In this document: positions 33,984-46,986 of the stretch, one piece after another
Layout: each line of letters starts with the position of its first letter
How positions within the stretch are numbered: the first letter of the stretch is position 1
Origin: Curvularia clavata
Lineage: Eukaryota
Assembly (NCBI GenBank): GCA_023920165.1
Contig: CP089277.1
Coordinates: 3,782,001 to 3,846,000 of the forward strand
DNA length: 64,000 bases
Direction of reading: 5' to 3'
Made by a program: the position numbers and the translations under genes
The notes under the pieces: model-generated
Database searches by the model: none
The model's input: the letters and a program-made list of their open reading frames with translations, nothing else
Told to the model about the DNA's origin: nothing

Positions 33984-35731
33984 ATGTCTGGAGGAGGCTC
34001 CTCGTTTTCGCGGTTCTTTACACCGCGGAAGCTTGCCTTTCATTTCTTCTTTTGGGGTTTTCACTGGGCCATTTTCGGCGTAGGATGGTACAACACCTCA
34101 CTTCAAACGCATTATACATGTCTAACGCCATCGCAGGTACAAGCAGCAGGCTGACCCACGTCTGGCGCCGCTCAACGCTCTTCAATTTTCCGTCTGGGTA
34201 TCTCGAGGTGCAGGTCTAGTTCTCTCTGTTGACACCATGGTTATCGTTATGCCCATGTGCAGGAACATTCTCCGATGGCTCCGACCCAAGGCGCGCTGGA
34301 TACCTCTTGATGAATCCCAATGGTTCCATCGACAGGTTGCCTATGCTATGCTGTTCTTTACCATTCTCCACGTAGCGGCGCATTATGTCAAGTAAGTGGT
34401 ATGCAGCGGTAACAAATGGATGATAGGCTGACAAGAGTAGCTTCTTCAACGTCGAACGTGTCCAAGTGCGACCCCAGATTGCTCTCCAGATCCACTACGC
34501 AGAAGCTGGCGGTATCACCGGACACATCATGTTGTTGTGCATGCTGCTGATCTACACTACGGCCCATCACAGGATCCGCCAGCAATCCTTTGAGACGTTC
34601 TGGTACACTCACCACCTGTTTATTCCGTTCTTGCTCGGCATGTACACCCACGCGACCAGCTGCTTCGTCCGTGACACAGTCCCTAACTTTTCTCCCTTCG
34701 ACCATGACAACTTCTGGACGCACTGTATCGGTTATGAAGGTTGGCGATGGGAGCTTGTCGGTGGTGGTCTCTACTTGTTCGACCGCTTCTACCGAGAGAT
34801 TCGCTGCAGGCGTGAGACCAAGATTGTCAAGGTCGTCCGCCACCCCTACGATGCCGTTGAGATTCAGTTCACCAAGCCCAGCATGAAGTACAAGCCTGGA
34901 CAATGGCTTTTCCTCAACTGCCCAGAAGTCAGCTACTACCAGTGGCACCCATTCACCATCACCTCTTGCCCCAACGACCCTTATATCTCGGTCCACGTTC
35001 GTCAAGTCGGTGACTTCACTCGCGCACTCGCCGATGCTCTTGGTGCTGGTCAATCGCAGTCTAAGCTATACGACGAGCTGGACCCCATGGGCATGTACGA
35101 GATTGCTCTGCAGCACGGCCAGAAGATGCCTGCTCTTCGCATCGACGGACCCTACGGAGCTCCCGCTGAAGACGTTTTCGAGAACGAGGTCGCAGTCCTC
35201 ATCGGTACTGGTATTGGTGTCACACCTTGGGCCTCGATTCTCAAGTCCATCTATCACCTCCGCCTCAGCCCTAACCCACCAAAGCGTCTCCGCCGTGTCG
35301 AATTCATCTGGGTTTGCAAGGACACATCTTCATTCGAGTGGTTCCAGACTCTGCTCTCCTCGCTTGAGGCACAGTCTATGGGCGGTTCAGACGGCGATCA
35401 ATTCTTGCGCATCCACACCTATCTTACACAGAAAATGGATGCCAACACGGCCCAAAACATTGTCCTTAACTCTGTGGGCACTGACAAGGATCCCCTGACT
35501 GAGCTCAAGTCTCGCACCAACTTTGGCCGCCCCGACTTCCAGCGCCTGTTCTGTGGTATGCGCGATGGCATTTTGGACCGTACCTACATGAATGGTCTGG
35601 AGAGCACGCTGCGCACAGAGGTTGGTGTTTACTTCTGCGGACCTAACGTTGCTGCCAGGGACATCAAGAAGGCATGCAAGCAGGCGGCTTGCCAGGAAGT
35701 CAACTTCAAGTTTTGGAAGGAGCATTTCTAA
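33984..35731 (+). CDS. noxA: NADPH oxidase NoxA/Nox1 (gp91phox-like); introns 34088-34136 and 34392-34440
   Basis: Heme histidines (WFHRQV...HVAAHY, THHLF...THA), FAD motif QWHPFTITS, DGPYG, GTGIGVTP, YFCGP and terminal KEHF. No long N-terminal extension (NoxB) or EF hands (NoxC). Confidence 0.96.
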
Positions 35732-36796
35732 GCGTCTTCACAATGTAGTTGGGAGTGCGACAAAGTGTTGTTTTTCGCGATATTCAAGACATCTTGTTTC
35801 AGGGCGTGTATTTGACTTTGCTCTTGTTCTTGCCCATGTTATGACCATAGCCCGCTTTGGAGGTGGTAGCAGCCTACGGGCGCACCCCGTTTTTTTTCCT
35901 TTTTGTCGATGTATCGAATATCTATCTACCAATACAAATGCGAATGCACATGTGCACAAACCTTGTTCAATACTGGCTACTTCTGCCGCGATCCTGCTCC
36001 AGGCGAAATCTTCACGAATAAGCCATGTAGCATAGATACCAGCCTTCTTCAGCCACGTGTGCCATCCTATTCTCCATCGAACGATACTCGAACGACATTG
36101 TCAATCTACCAAGCACTCTCATCCATGTTCAGGCGCATCTGCTAAGATGATGAACCTCTCGGCACTTGCTCGGCACGTCTGCCTTCCGAAAGCCTGCGCA
36201 TTGACGAGGCTGCTGCTCGATGGATGTCAGGTGAGCTTGGCTTGGCTTGTTACACATTGTAGGTCTTGGTATTGTTGTATTCTTGCTCGGATGAGGAGGC
36301 TGAAAAGAATAAGATGAGAGGGGGTTCTTGGCAGGATGCTGCAAGTACTGGGTTCTAGGAAACAGCAGTTCTAGGAACTATTGTTAAGACATGGGTTGCG
36401 GTGCAGTTAGGGATCGCGGCGCCGGGGGCACGAATTTGTCTCATCTGCATTCGCCGCAGACACCTACATAGGCTGGTATGTTTTTTTCTAGACTTAGGGC
36501 AGGTCGCACAAAAAGTGTGGTACCTGCTTGCAGGCTATTTACGGGTGAGATGGTCCGTATGTATGCGGCCCAACAACAACCCGTCAGTCAGTCCATGTGT
36601 TACCCACCATCTTCACTGATGCGTCTAGACCTTCATTCGGTGCTTGACCTACCGAGGACGCACGCACACTCGGATCCAAGACCGAGACTGGCGCTCCGAC
36701 CACTTGCCCGCCTTTCTCAACACCATGCGCAAAGTATCGTGAAATCTGTCTTTCGTGGTAGGATAAATTACCGTATGCGGTATTAGCTCCAAGCTC

Positions 36797-36808
36797 CCCC
36801 ACTTAGCC
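36797..36808 (-). promoter_or_regulatory. Abutting XlnR-type GGCTAA and CreA-type GTGGGG sites upstream of lad
   Basis: CCCCAC (36797-36802) immediately followed by TTAGCC (36803-36808). These are short motifs that can occur by chance. Confidence 0.35.
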
Positions 36809-37269
36809 CCCCCATGCAAGCCTCTCTCCCTTCTCCGACCCCCCAGACCCTGACTCGGCACGCCGCAATGGGACAATTGCGGACTTTGTCGGCTTCCCAT
36901 TCGTGGAAGTTATCCCATTTCAACCGCGGGTTCTCGTTGTCAGTGTGGGGTCGGGGATTCGTGGGCGTGACGTTTGAAAGGGGAGATTGCTAGAGACTGG
37001 GCCTGCCTCTTGCCCCGCACCAATTGTAAGGAAGCGGAACAAGCACAGGTTAAAGAGCCAGTTGGAAAGCTTGACAGGTGGGAAAGAATTGGGACCGAGA
37101 CAGACGTGGACCCCTCAGCCCAGGTGATCTGTTGTTCGGGGGTTTTTGTCTCGTCTGAGGGTCTGGTTTCTCTTCTCTTTTCTCTCTTCCTCTTCCTCTG
37201 TCTTCATTTATACCCATAAGCGCCAGGCTTTCGATATTTTCTACTTCGTTCAAACGAGAAAAACTCAAG

Positions 37270-38480
37270 ATGAGCGCCACTGAGATCCAGGCCACAAAGG
37301 CTAACATTGGTGTTTACACCAACCCCGCGCACGATCTATGGGTTGCGGAGGCAGAACCCAGTCTGGAGGAGGTTCAAAGAGGTGGAGATTTGAAGCCTGG
37401 TGAGGTTCTGCTCAACGTGAAGAGCACCGGTATTTGCGGTAGTGACATTCATTTCTGGCATGCTGTATGTTTTTCCTCATTTCTGATGCACTCGAGCACC
37501 AAGACCCCACGTTGAGAGAGATTACGACGAAATTCATTTATGACAATGTATACTAATTTTCGGCACAGGGTTGCATTGGACCTATGATTGTCGAAGACAC
37601 ACACGTTCTGGGCCACGAATCCGCCGGCACAGTCATGGCCTGCCACCCTTCAGTAACCCACCTCAAGCCCGGCGACCGCGTAGCCATCGAACCCAACATC
37701 ATCTGCGGCGAGTGTGAGCCCTGTCTTACCGGCCGCTACAACGGTTGCGAGCGAGTCCTTTTCCTGTCTACTCCTCCCGTCACCGGCCTGCTGCGCCGCT
37801 ACCTCAAGCACCCAGCCATGTGGTGCCACAAGCTTCCCGACAGCATGAGCTTCGAAGATGGCGCCATGCTTGAGCCCCTCAGCGTTGCGCTCGCCGGCAT
37901 GGACCGCGCCAACGTGCGTCTCGGCGACCCCGTCATCGTATGCGGTGCCGGTCCCATCGGCCTTGTCACTCTCCTCTGCTGTCAAGCAGCTGGCGCCACG
38001 CCCCTCGTCATCACCGACATTGACCAGGGCCGATTGAACTTTGCCAAAGAACTCGTCCCCAATGTCCTCACACACAAAGTCGAGTTCAGCCACACCCCCG
38101 AAGACTTCCAAGCCGCCATCCTCAAGCTGACCGAGGGCGTCGAACCCTCGCACGCAATGGAATGCACCGGTGTCGAAAGCTCCATCAACTCGGCCATCCA
38201 GACCGTCAAGTTCGGCGGCAAAGTCTTCGTCATTGGCGTTGGCAAGAATGAAATCAAGATTCCGTTCATGCGCCTTTCCACACGCGAGGTCGACTTGCAA
38301 TTTCAGTACCGCTACTGCAATACTTGGCCCAAGGCTATCAGGCTATACAAGAGCGGTGTGATTGATCTTAAGAAGTTGGTCACCCATAGATTTAAGCTGG
38401 AGGATGCGGTTGAGGCGTTCAAGACGGCTGCGGATCCGAAGACGGGATGCATCAAGGTGCAGATTCAGAGTTTGGATTAG
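37270..38480 (+). CDS. ladA: L-arabinitol 4-dehydrogenase; intron 37465-37568
   Basis: [49 protein letters not shown] and [23 protein letters not shown] are LAD-type motifs. Confidence 0.93.
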
Positions 38481-38958
38481 ATGGTGAGATGCATTGGGTT
38501 TTACGAAAAAAAAAAGTGATGACGACGGTTGATGATTCACGGGGAAGATTTGGTCGGCGTAGCTGTAGAGCGTTTTGAGATTTTATGTTGGCATGTAGAT
38601 ATGAGGCGGTTCCTCATTTTTTCAGTATCTGGTTTGAATAGAATATCTTTACCATGACTCGAGTGCATGGGACTAAAACTTCCATGTGGCCTTGGTATGG
38701 CTTGCTTGATGTAGTGTGTTTGCCAAAGACTAGATATTAGAATAATCGCAGAATTCTATTATCTATTACTAGCTTAGTACAGAATCCTACACTAAGGAAC
38801 TGCTGGATATGTAAGATGGCATGCTCCAGCGCAATATATCAATTAATAACCTCACGATCAACGAGAAAACTAGAACTCTTCCTTGGTGCATTATTCCTTG
38901 ATCTCAGAATGCTCTACTCATTTGCATGAAGGCAGCTAGACTATGCTAGGGAAAATAC

Positions 38959-40788
38959 TTAATCGAATCGGTCCGCGTACTCCACGAATGTTGGTTGAGT
39001 TACGGTTTGCCCAGTGACGTGCTCAATGTCTCGTATGACTAGATCCATAGGTATCATATACGAAGCCCTCGTACATGGGTTAGAGGCGAAAAGAAGGCCG
39101 ACAAAATTAGGCTTGTCGGAGGCTTCGTTGAGCAGAACGCAACTACCGGAATCACCGCCCTTCATGAAATCCTCTCTTTTGTCGTCGTGAAGGATTGAGA
39201 ATGCCCTTACGATAGTAGCATCACCAAATTGATCTCTTAAATCTGCCGGCACAGCATTGGTGTTATCAGGCCTGAGCTTCACGATCGACCCAATTTGACT
39301 GATGGTTCCAGACGTCCATCCCGTCGTACGCCCTTTCTTGGCGACCTTATAGCTCTTATTCTCTTGGATGTGGGTGAACTGAGTAATGTGCAGATAAGTA
39401 AAACGCAGTTTGGAATAAAGTGGTATCTTCCAAGAGAGCTCGCGATTGGCATCCAATTTTATCAAAGCCCAGTCCAGCCCGAATCCCAACTTATGGCCCT
39501 GAGTTTCCGTGTTGAAGGAGTTTGCATCTTTCGCCATGGCCGCGGTGAGAGATTCCAGTTCCCTAGTATGAGAGCAACCTGTGCAGTCGCCAATACGAAA
39601 TCCAGAGGTTGCCCAAACTGTGCCAAAATGTCGATCTGGATTTGCATTGAGCAACGCATACTGAGCGCTAGACTTTTCAAGACATTCTTTTCCCTGCGCA
39701 TAAATGGGGCCGTCGACCATGTACTTCGCCGAGGCCTTGCAATCATCGTAGTACCTAGTTGCGACATGGAGAAAGTATCCATGATCGGAGTGCTATGGAG
39801 AAACAGCTCTTACTCGGCCCTCACGGCAAAGCTGGTGATCCGGGCTAAGATACTGGCCGTTGGGATGGTTTTGGCATATCAAACCAGAATTTTTAGCCAA
39901 GACATGATTGCTGGTTAAGCCGCAAATAGTTTCATAGCCAGTGCTGTCACGCAATATGATTTCTGCGCCAACCGTGGCAGAGTGAGTAGAGTTCGCAGGT
40001 TCTTCTAAACCAACACTAGCACCCATCCGTACGACTTTAGAATAGTTATCCATGATCGTGCCGTACATCGATTCTTCGCCGGGTCTTTGTGCGATCAGGG
40101 GCGTATCCGAGTGCTCGCTTGATTCGCTTGGTTCCCATGACAGTGCGGAAGCGTAAAGTATGTCAATGTCCATGCCTGGTGGTAAAGAGCCGCGTAACCT
40201 TGGAATGATGTCCTGTTTCCATATCGTATCTTCGGCGTCCCTCGCAGTAATTACAATTGTAGGGATCTTGAACGGATGTTTGACTCCGAACTCCCGCATA
40301 ACAGTGTCAACGGCTAGCTAGTCCCTGTCTTTGATCTTACCGAGCAGCACTGGGAGAAAGTTCTGCCAACGTACAAAAGCATCTGAGTGAACGTCCAAAA
40401 GAGGAAATGTGTAAAAAGGGCGAAATCTAACGTCAGTAGCTTTCCTATCGATGATCTCAATGAGCATCTCTTTGAGTCCTGTCGCATCGAGGAGGTGTCG
40501 GAGCTTTTCGAACCCAGTTTTCCAGCATGCATATTGGCCCTCAAGAGAGATATCGGACTCGATTGACAACGTTAGTGGAGCGTCTTTGGTGTCGTGTCCT
40601 GGTCGAAACTGTTGAACGACCCAATGGTGGTATACATGGACGTTTGCGTCCTTGAGAGTTGTGCTGACAGCTTTCCGGAACTCAGTGCTAGTAGCCCAGC
40701 TTGGTGTTTCATCTAGGACTGGTTCTACTTCGAACGGTGGAGATAGAAGTGCGAGAGATCCCACGCGATATGAACAGCTAGTATCCAT
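38959..40788 (-). pseudogene. Trypsin-fold (Ssy5/NAL1-like) serine protease; 610-codon frame interrupted by two in-frame TAG codons (40320-40318, 39795-39793)
   Basis: Three consecutive ORFs share one frame. Catalytic triad-like motifs GLTSNHV, LDWALI and GGDSGS, plus KGRTTGWTSG and VGLLFA. Confidence 0.8.
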
Positions 40789-41515
40789 GTTAGGCGGTAG
40801 TCGTCAGATACGATGTCTATCTAGGACAGGTACATGGCTGGTTTTATAGACGAAAGAAGACTCGTGGGGGACATAGCTCGCCTAGAACCTTGGTTAGACT
40901 AGATATTCATTGGCCGGTACCTTGATTAAGACACGCACAAGAGAAAGCGAATATTGACAAAACTTACACAAATTACCGAGCTCATAGAATATGTGGGTTT
41001 GTAAACTGTGGTTGATAGTAAGTTGATCCAATCATGAGAGCGAAAAATAAATGCTTCTAGAGTTCTATCCCAAAATCTCACACGCATCTATGAAGCGACG
41101 GGGTATTTGGTAAGCCTATCAAAATGTGAGCGTTATCTATTCCATAGGTGCTGTTGTAGCTATTTAATCGTCTTGAGATCCATAAGATATCCTTTTTGAA
41201 GAAAGTAGCTTTGAGTAAGCTCATTTCAATCAAAGAACCTGTCTCCCTTATTTTCCTATCGCGAATGTGTGGAAATGATGTAGAAAGTAACTAGTTGTGT
41301 AACACATAGACAGGTATAGCCTAATCCCTTGGTTCTTGAGCTATGTATTGGCCAGATAAGCGTACATATAGGGAGCAAGGTGATATGGCCTATCAGCTTT
41401 CATGTGGCTTTTTTGGCCACCTCTGTCTTTGTAAGCGAGTAGCAGTCTATTAAATAGCTCACGAATTCCCAGATTTAGCTTGGTATCTGTCAAACTCTCA
41501 GCCTCGCGACTTACC

Positions 41516-43650
41516 ATGATGCCTCTGCAATCCTTTCGTAGGCATAGTCAACAGAGCCTCGTAAATCGAGATGTATCTTACAAAGGTCTTATCACTGACT
41601 TCCGAGATACGCAGGAAACGAGAATGGCAGCAATACAGTTCAAGCCACGGTCGTGGCCCCTAGAACCAATAACTCTGCGGGAAGGAAGATCGTCGCTGCT
41701 TGCCACCTTTTTGAAGGACTCGCTCATGTTGAGCCTTCCTCTTTTGTTCATGGGTAGGATACGAATAGCAAGACTTTGATAAAGCTTAACACGTCTCTAG
41801 TACTTGGCATCCTTGCTCAACGACTGGATGGACAGCCGGTGTCCGAGTATGGCAGTCGAATCCAGTTCGCCATGAGTCTTGGCCCTACAGTCTTCCCCGT
41901 AGCATTCGCCGCCATCGCTGGAACAGCGCTTCGCAGTCTTGCAAGAGCACGATTAGAAAAAGGAGAAAAACTAGGGGTAAGTCGTATCGAAAGGTCTCTT
42001 TATCTATTTCAGCGCGTCTTCGGCTAATCAAAGCAGATCCTCGAGCAGCTCATCGGTAGTCAAAGCCTTGCGAGTACGCTCGCTTGGCTTGTTGAGCTCC
42101 GACGCATACATGTCACTGGAGTCGCGATAGTTTTCATGTGGTTTCTATCACCACTTGGGGGCCAAAGCGCGCTTCGGCTTATGTCTGTTGAGCTCACGCC
42201 CGTACAAACTACTCTGAACGTTTCTTATGCCATGTTTGACAACCGCACGGAGTCGATCTTGACCAGTTCCGATGCAAGAGAGGCTGAACCTGCTATGACA
42301 GCTTACTATGCTGCGGCTCTTATTGGTGCACATCAAAATAAGCATAAGCCTGCTGATATATGGGGCAATCCAAAGATACCCCTCATCGATTCGATACCAG
42401 AACACTCGGGAGACTGGCGTTCCATCACCGACAGAGACTCTGTAGACTATGCTTCTCTGATCGGAGTTAGATTACAAGGCTTCTGTGAAGATTGCAATGC
42501 TACAATCTCCATGGAGACCTCACATACTGTCCTTACGTGTCAAAATACTGCACACTTCGTGCCTGACACCCAAGTCATGGACCTGTTAGGACCGCACTTC
42601 TCCGGCTGGTTTCCTAGTAACGAGTCTATCCCCTTCATTGGTGTGTCAAAGTAGGTTGACTCTAACATCACCGTGTCTTCTTTCATTGGAAGCGACCACA
42701 TTTTCATATCCGGTCCTCCCGATCCCTCAGAGGTGTCTACAATTATGTATGTGGCTCGAGGATGCTACAAACAATACCCCAATAGTACAAGCACAGGCCA
42801 GGGTGCTTCTATATACAATTGTACTATGGAAACCTCAAGACTCGAAGCAGAGGTACAATGCAACGAGGGCGCTTGTGGCGTTACACGCGTGCGAAGGTCA
42901 ATTCGCGACACGCGGCCACCTAATCACACTTTATTCCATGACGCATCTCTACAGACCATAGGACTCTTCACATTTTTCCCTTTCGCGAGTGGTTACGGCT
43001 ATTGGGGGCAAGCATCTCCAACAGACAACTTCGTGGGTGGATACGTCGCGCCATACAACTTCTCTACGCCGCGGGACTGGAGAGATGTTTCCGATTTTGA
43101 CATATCGAGACGGCTGACTCAGGTTTTCAACTCGATTAGGCATACCACTGTTTCACCCTGGTCTATAACAAACGCGGAAGTGTTCGAGCCTCTTGTTTGC
43201 GACGAAGGTATCATTGGCAATATCACATCCGTGTCAACAAAGAATACTGCCGTGAACGACTGCACACACATGGTCCTTACACCAGCCAGCATCTCGCGAT
43301 TGATCCGGACATACAAGTCCTCACCAGTCTGGATTGCATTGTTACTCATCTCATCACTTGTATTGTTCCTACTAGGCCTACTCTCCATGTTCTTGCAACT
43401 ACACGTATCTGTCCCGGATGTACTTGGCTATGTCAGCACAGTGACACGAAATAACCCATACACAAATCTGCCATCAGCTGCGACAGCTTTGGAAGGCACC
43501 AAACGCACACACGCGTTACAAGACATGAAAATTCAGCTCACTGATGTACGACCCTATGACGAAATTGGTTATCTCGCGATCCGAACCATCGCAGATGGCG
43601 ATATGGGACCTGTCATTGGCAAAATTGATAAAAACAGACACTATGAATAG
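41516..43650 (+). CDS. Uncharacterised multi-pass membrane protein; introns 41754-41800 and 41977-42036; in-frame TAG at 42652-42654 (possible pseudogene)
   Basis: Spliced frame: GPTVFPVAFAAIAG...LGILEQLIGSQS...WFLSPLGGQSALR, a luminal domain, a C-terminal TM helix and PDVLGYVSTVTRNNPY. The frame continues unchanged across the TAG. Confidence 0.75.
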
Positions 43651-46600
43651 TTGTAGATTTTTTCGCATTTATCGTCTCATTTGTGAATTCAATATAATGA
43701 TACAAACGAAAGGTCTCTGTACATCTCATATAATGCACGATAAGTGCTATTTAACTCTATAACGGCGCAGGTAAGATTACTCAAATTAGTGTCACTCAGA
43801 GGCATACAAGAGTGCGTGGGACAGCAGATGAGCCTTGATCGAAATACACATCGAGAGGCCTAGTAAGAAGGGAAATCAGAAAACTACAAGACAGCTATAC
43901 CCGTCAGCCTGTACTTATACCAGTAGGCCAGCCATTAGGTTAATATTAATATAGGTTAGGCCTGGCGCAGGTCCAGGTTGGACCGAGAACCTGTTCATAT
44001 ACTGCTCGCGCCTACATCTTGGTAAGGGTCTTAATTGGGACTAGCGTGCCAGAACAGCCCGGGTGAGAGGTCTCTAGATGTTCCCAAATTTATTGAAATG
44101 TATATTTATCTAGTAGATCTCTGGAAATAGACCCCTGTAATTTTGAGATTTTAGTGAGATTTTAGATGGCTCGCCAACCTATGGAGTACATTACTACTAC
44201 TTTATAAGATGGGGCGCAAAGAGCAGATATTTAGATATACGATAGCCATTCGCTGCGTGGATGATAGTTGTGTCGCGTCGAGGCAAACAAAGAAGCTTGG
44301 AGCACTTAATCGTATTCTACTGACTGTAAGCATAAGTCATGGGCAGACCATAAACTAAAAATGAGAGGAGAGTGTTAATATCTTCCAATTCCCTTATGTG
44401 TGGTGAACTGAGTTCGAGTGGGTTACATGGGCGCTACCATGGTACTGCAGTGGGGACACTAGAAAATAGATGAAGCGTAGTTGGAAGATCACTCCGATAA
44501 GCTGGGACCCAGGGAGTGATAGGTGCACAAGTAGATGCACATGACAAACGGGGTAAGTCATACTACGCGCAAGAACGATGGATCCGAGCGAATGGTGAAA
44601 CGGTTCCTACGCGCAATACACTGTTCATTCGTTCACTCCACAAGCGGATACCGGGGATTTATTCCGCGTTTGAGTAAAGAAGGGGCGATCTCGCTCCATT
44701 CTTTCGGCACGTATCCAATCTGTCTATGGAACCCGTTGGGCTTCCATGGTACCATGTTCAACGCATATCAACATTCTTATTTTCTCGAACAACTTCTTAC
44801 ATCCAGAGCAACTCCTGCCGAAACTATCGCACGCCACCGGGTGACGTCCTTCCAAACTCGAGAAAGTCAGTTTAATGCTACGCAGCACATACGACGTGAA
44901 AACGAACTGCCGGCCATTGTGCAATTTGGATGAACCCTGGAGCTGAACAGGGATTACCGGGTTCATGGGTTGCTTCGGCGATTCCGCTTGGACGACGTGC
45001 AAAGCAAAGAGCACATTGACCCAGCTTAGCTCAGCACAATATCCATAGAGTAGAACATTTGGGAAGGACAGTACTAGCAATCAGATTCCATCTGATGGCT
45101 TGAAGCAAAATGCTAGATGTGACACCAGCCCAAAGGCAAACCATATCTTTCAGCCGCAATAGGGTTGCAACTCGCTTCAGCTCCGACTTGGACACTGCTT
45201 CGTCTGCGAGAAAGTGCGCTGATCACGGGGGGTGCTATCACTGCAATCTGAGTGTCAATATTAAGCCATGTTTTGAGAGACCCAAAAGGACCGTGGCCGC
45301 GTATCGCTTCCCCGCGTCGAGGGCTGGGCCGGCGCGAACAGGAATATCCAAACGTGTGGCTGATAGTTAAGAAACTCAAAGCAGCCCAACCCTACGTACG
45401 CACGAGTTACACGAGCGCGGTGCCACTCCGATCCGAAGGGAACGATACAGCCGTTGCCTCCCGATAAAACAAGGTTCCGCTGTGCCACCCTTGGAAACGC
45501 TGGCTAAGCTATGGCCATTTTATGTGCGGGGGTATTCGAACGGCAGCTAATTACTTTAAGTACTTGGCCGGAAGCGTGAATTCGTCCGCTCAGCTGGCGC
45601 AGATAGCGAAGTGGCGTATGATGTGCATACTATTTCAGCGTGATGATTCGGCGTTTGGACGGGTTGGTTTACTTCCGACAAGAACGAAAGCTGTGACATT
45701 TTTTTGTACACCGGTCTAGCCATGTCACTTGGATAAGCACGTGAACAAGACGAGGGGAACGCATATCCTTAGGGGCTGAGCCAATCAATTTCATGGACGC
45801 TTGCGTTTTGATCCAACTAATTCGATCTCGCCCATGTTGTCATTCTGGTGTTTCGGATGCCCAGTTAAGGGGGAAGAAGGGTTCAAGGCCTCCGTAACCT
45901 TGTTTGCATTCGAATGCTTCGGTCCCTGCGGCACTGAAAAGCAAACATGCTGTTTAGAGGCTTAATTCATAGCAGCTAAGACACGCTTTCGTCAAAATTC
46001 GATGTACCCTTTTTATCGGAAAAAGCATAATTTAACGTTTCTGCTATGGTCGATGCACAACGTTCATACCAGAAATACACTACTAGAATCTTGTACACGA
46101 TGCCGAGACTGTCGGATCGCTACGTGCGTAAATTATCCACAGCCGTATTTTGTACACCACTCTGAGTTATGTGCAGGGTCCAACTGAGAACGCCTGCCGG
46201 GCTGAGACGTCAGCTTCCAAAACGGTGTTTGGTGGAGAGTTTATCATCGGATGTGGTCTCATGGTGACCAGCCGCACATAACACGTGCATAAGACGGCTG
46301 CCATGGGTTGCGGAGGACCCGATTGGAGGAGTTTACTGGGAAATGACAATGGCCTGACGATAGAGATGCGCTTCACGTGAGAGTACTTCGTAGTGACCAG
46401 CCAGTTGCGACCCGAACGATGAGGTCGCCAGAGTTTCCTTGGGAAGCGTAGACATGGGGTACATCCCTGAATGACAGCTTTCTCGCAGGACAATCGGATG
46501 ATTTCGATCTTTTTCGATCGAGCAGTGATCTTTTGTGGGCTCAGGACACCCATGTTTATAGATCTGTGTGCACTCGACGGGTCTTCTGCATCCTGGAGCT

Positions 46601-46986
46601 TACGTACTGTGATGCCTTGAGGATAAGAAATAGGCAGCACTAATGACTCAGGACATGATAGGAACAATCGAAACCTTGTCGAAGATCGCAATGTTCTCTA
46701 AGCCTTGAAGCAGGTTTCTTGGCTATCCGCGCCGCAATAAAGTTTGGTGGTGCACGCAAGACGTCTGGCTTCAGGGTCGCCGCTTCCGCTACCTACGGAG
46801 TTATCTCCAGCCCCGTTCTCAGGGTCTCGAACTGCCACACAAGCCCTTTAGCGGTGACCGGCTTGTTGTGCACCAAACATTGCAAAACAGTATATCTACA
46901 TGACCCCATGATTTTAGCGTCTTTCTGAATGCTTCCCCACTATACTGTTCTTGCAACCCAAATGGCTTCTGTGTGATCACAGTGCT

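Noticed and set aside
43700..46900. Short ORFs (e.g. 44535-44933, 46167-46691) in the ORF-poor gap
   Set aside because: No motifs, convincing splice pattern or terminal repeats were recognised.
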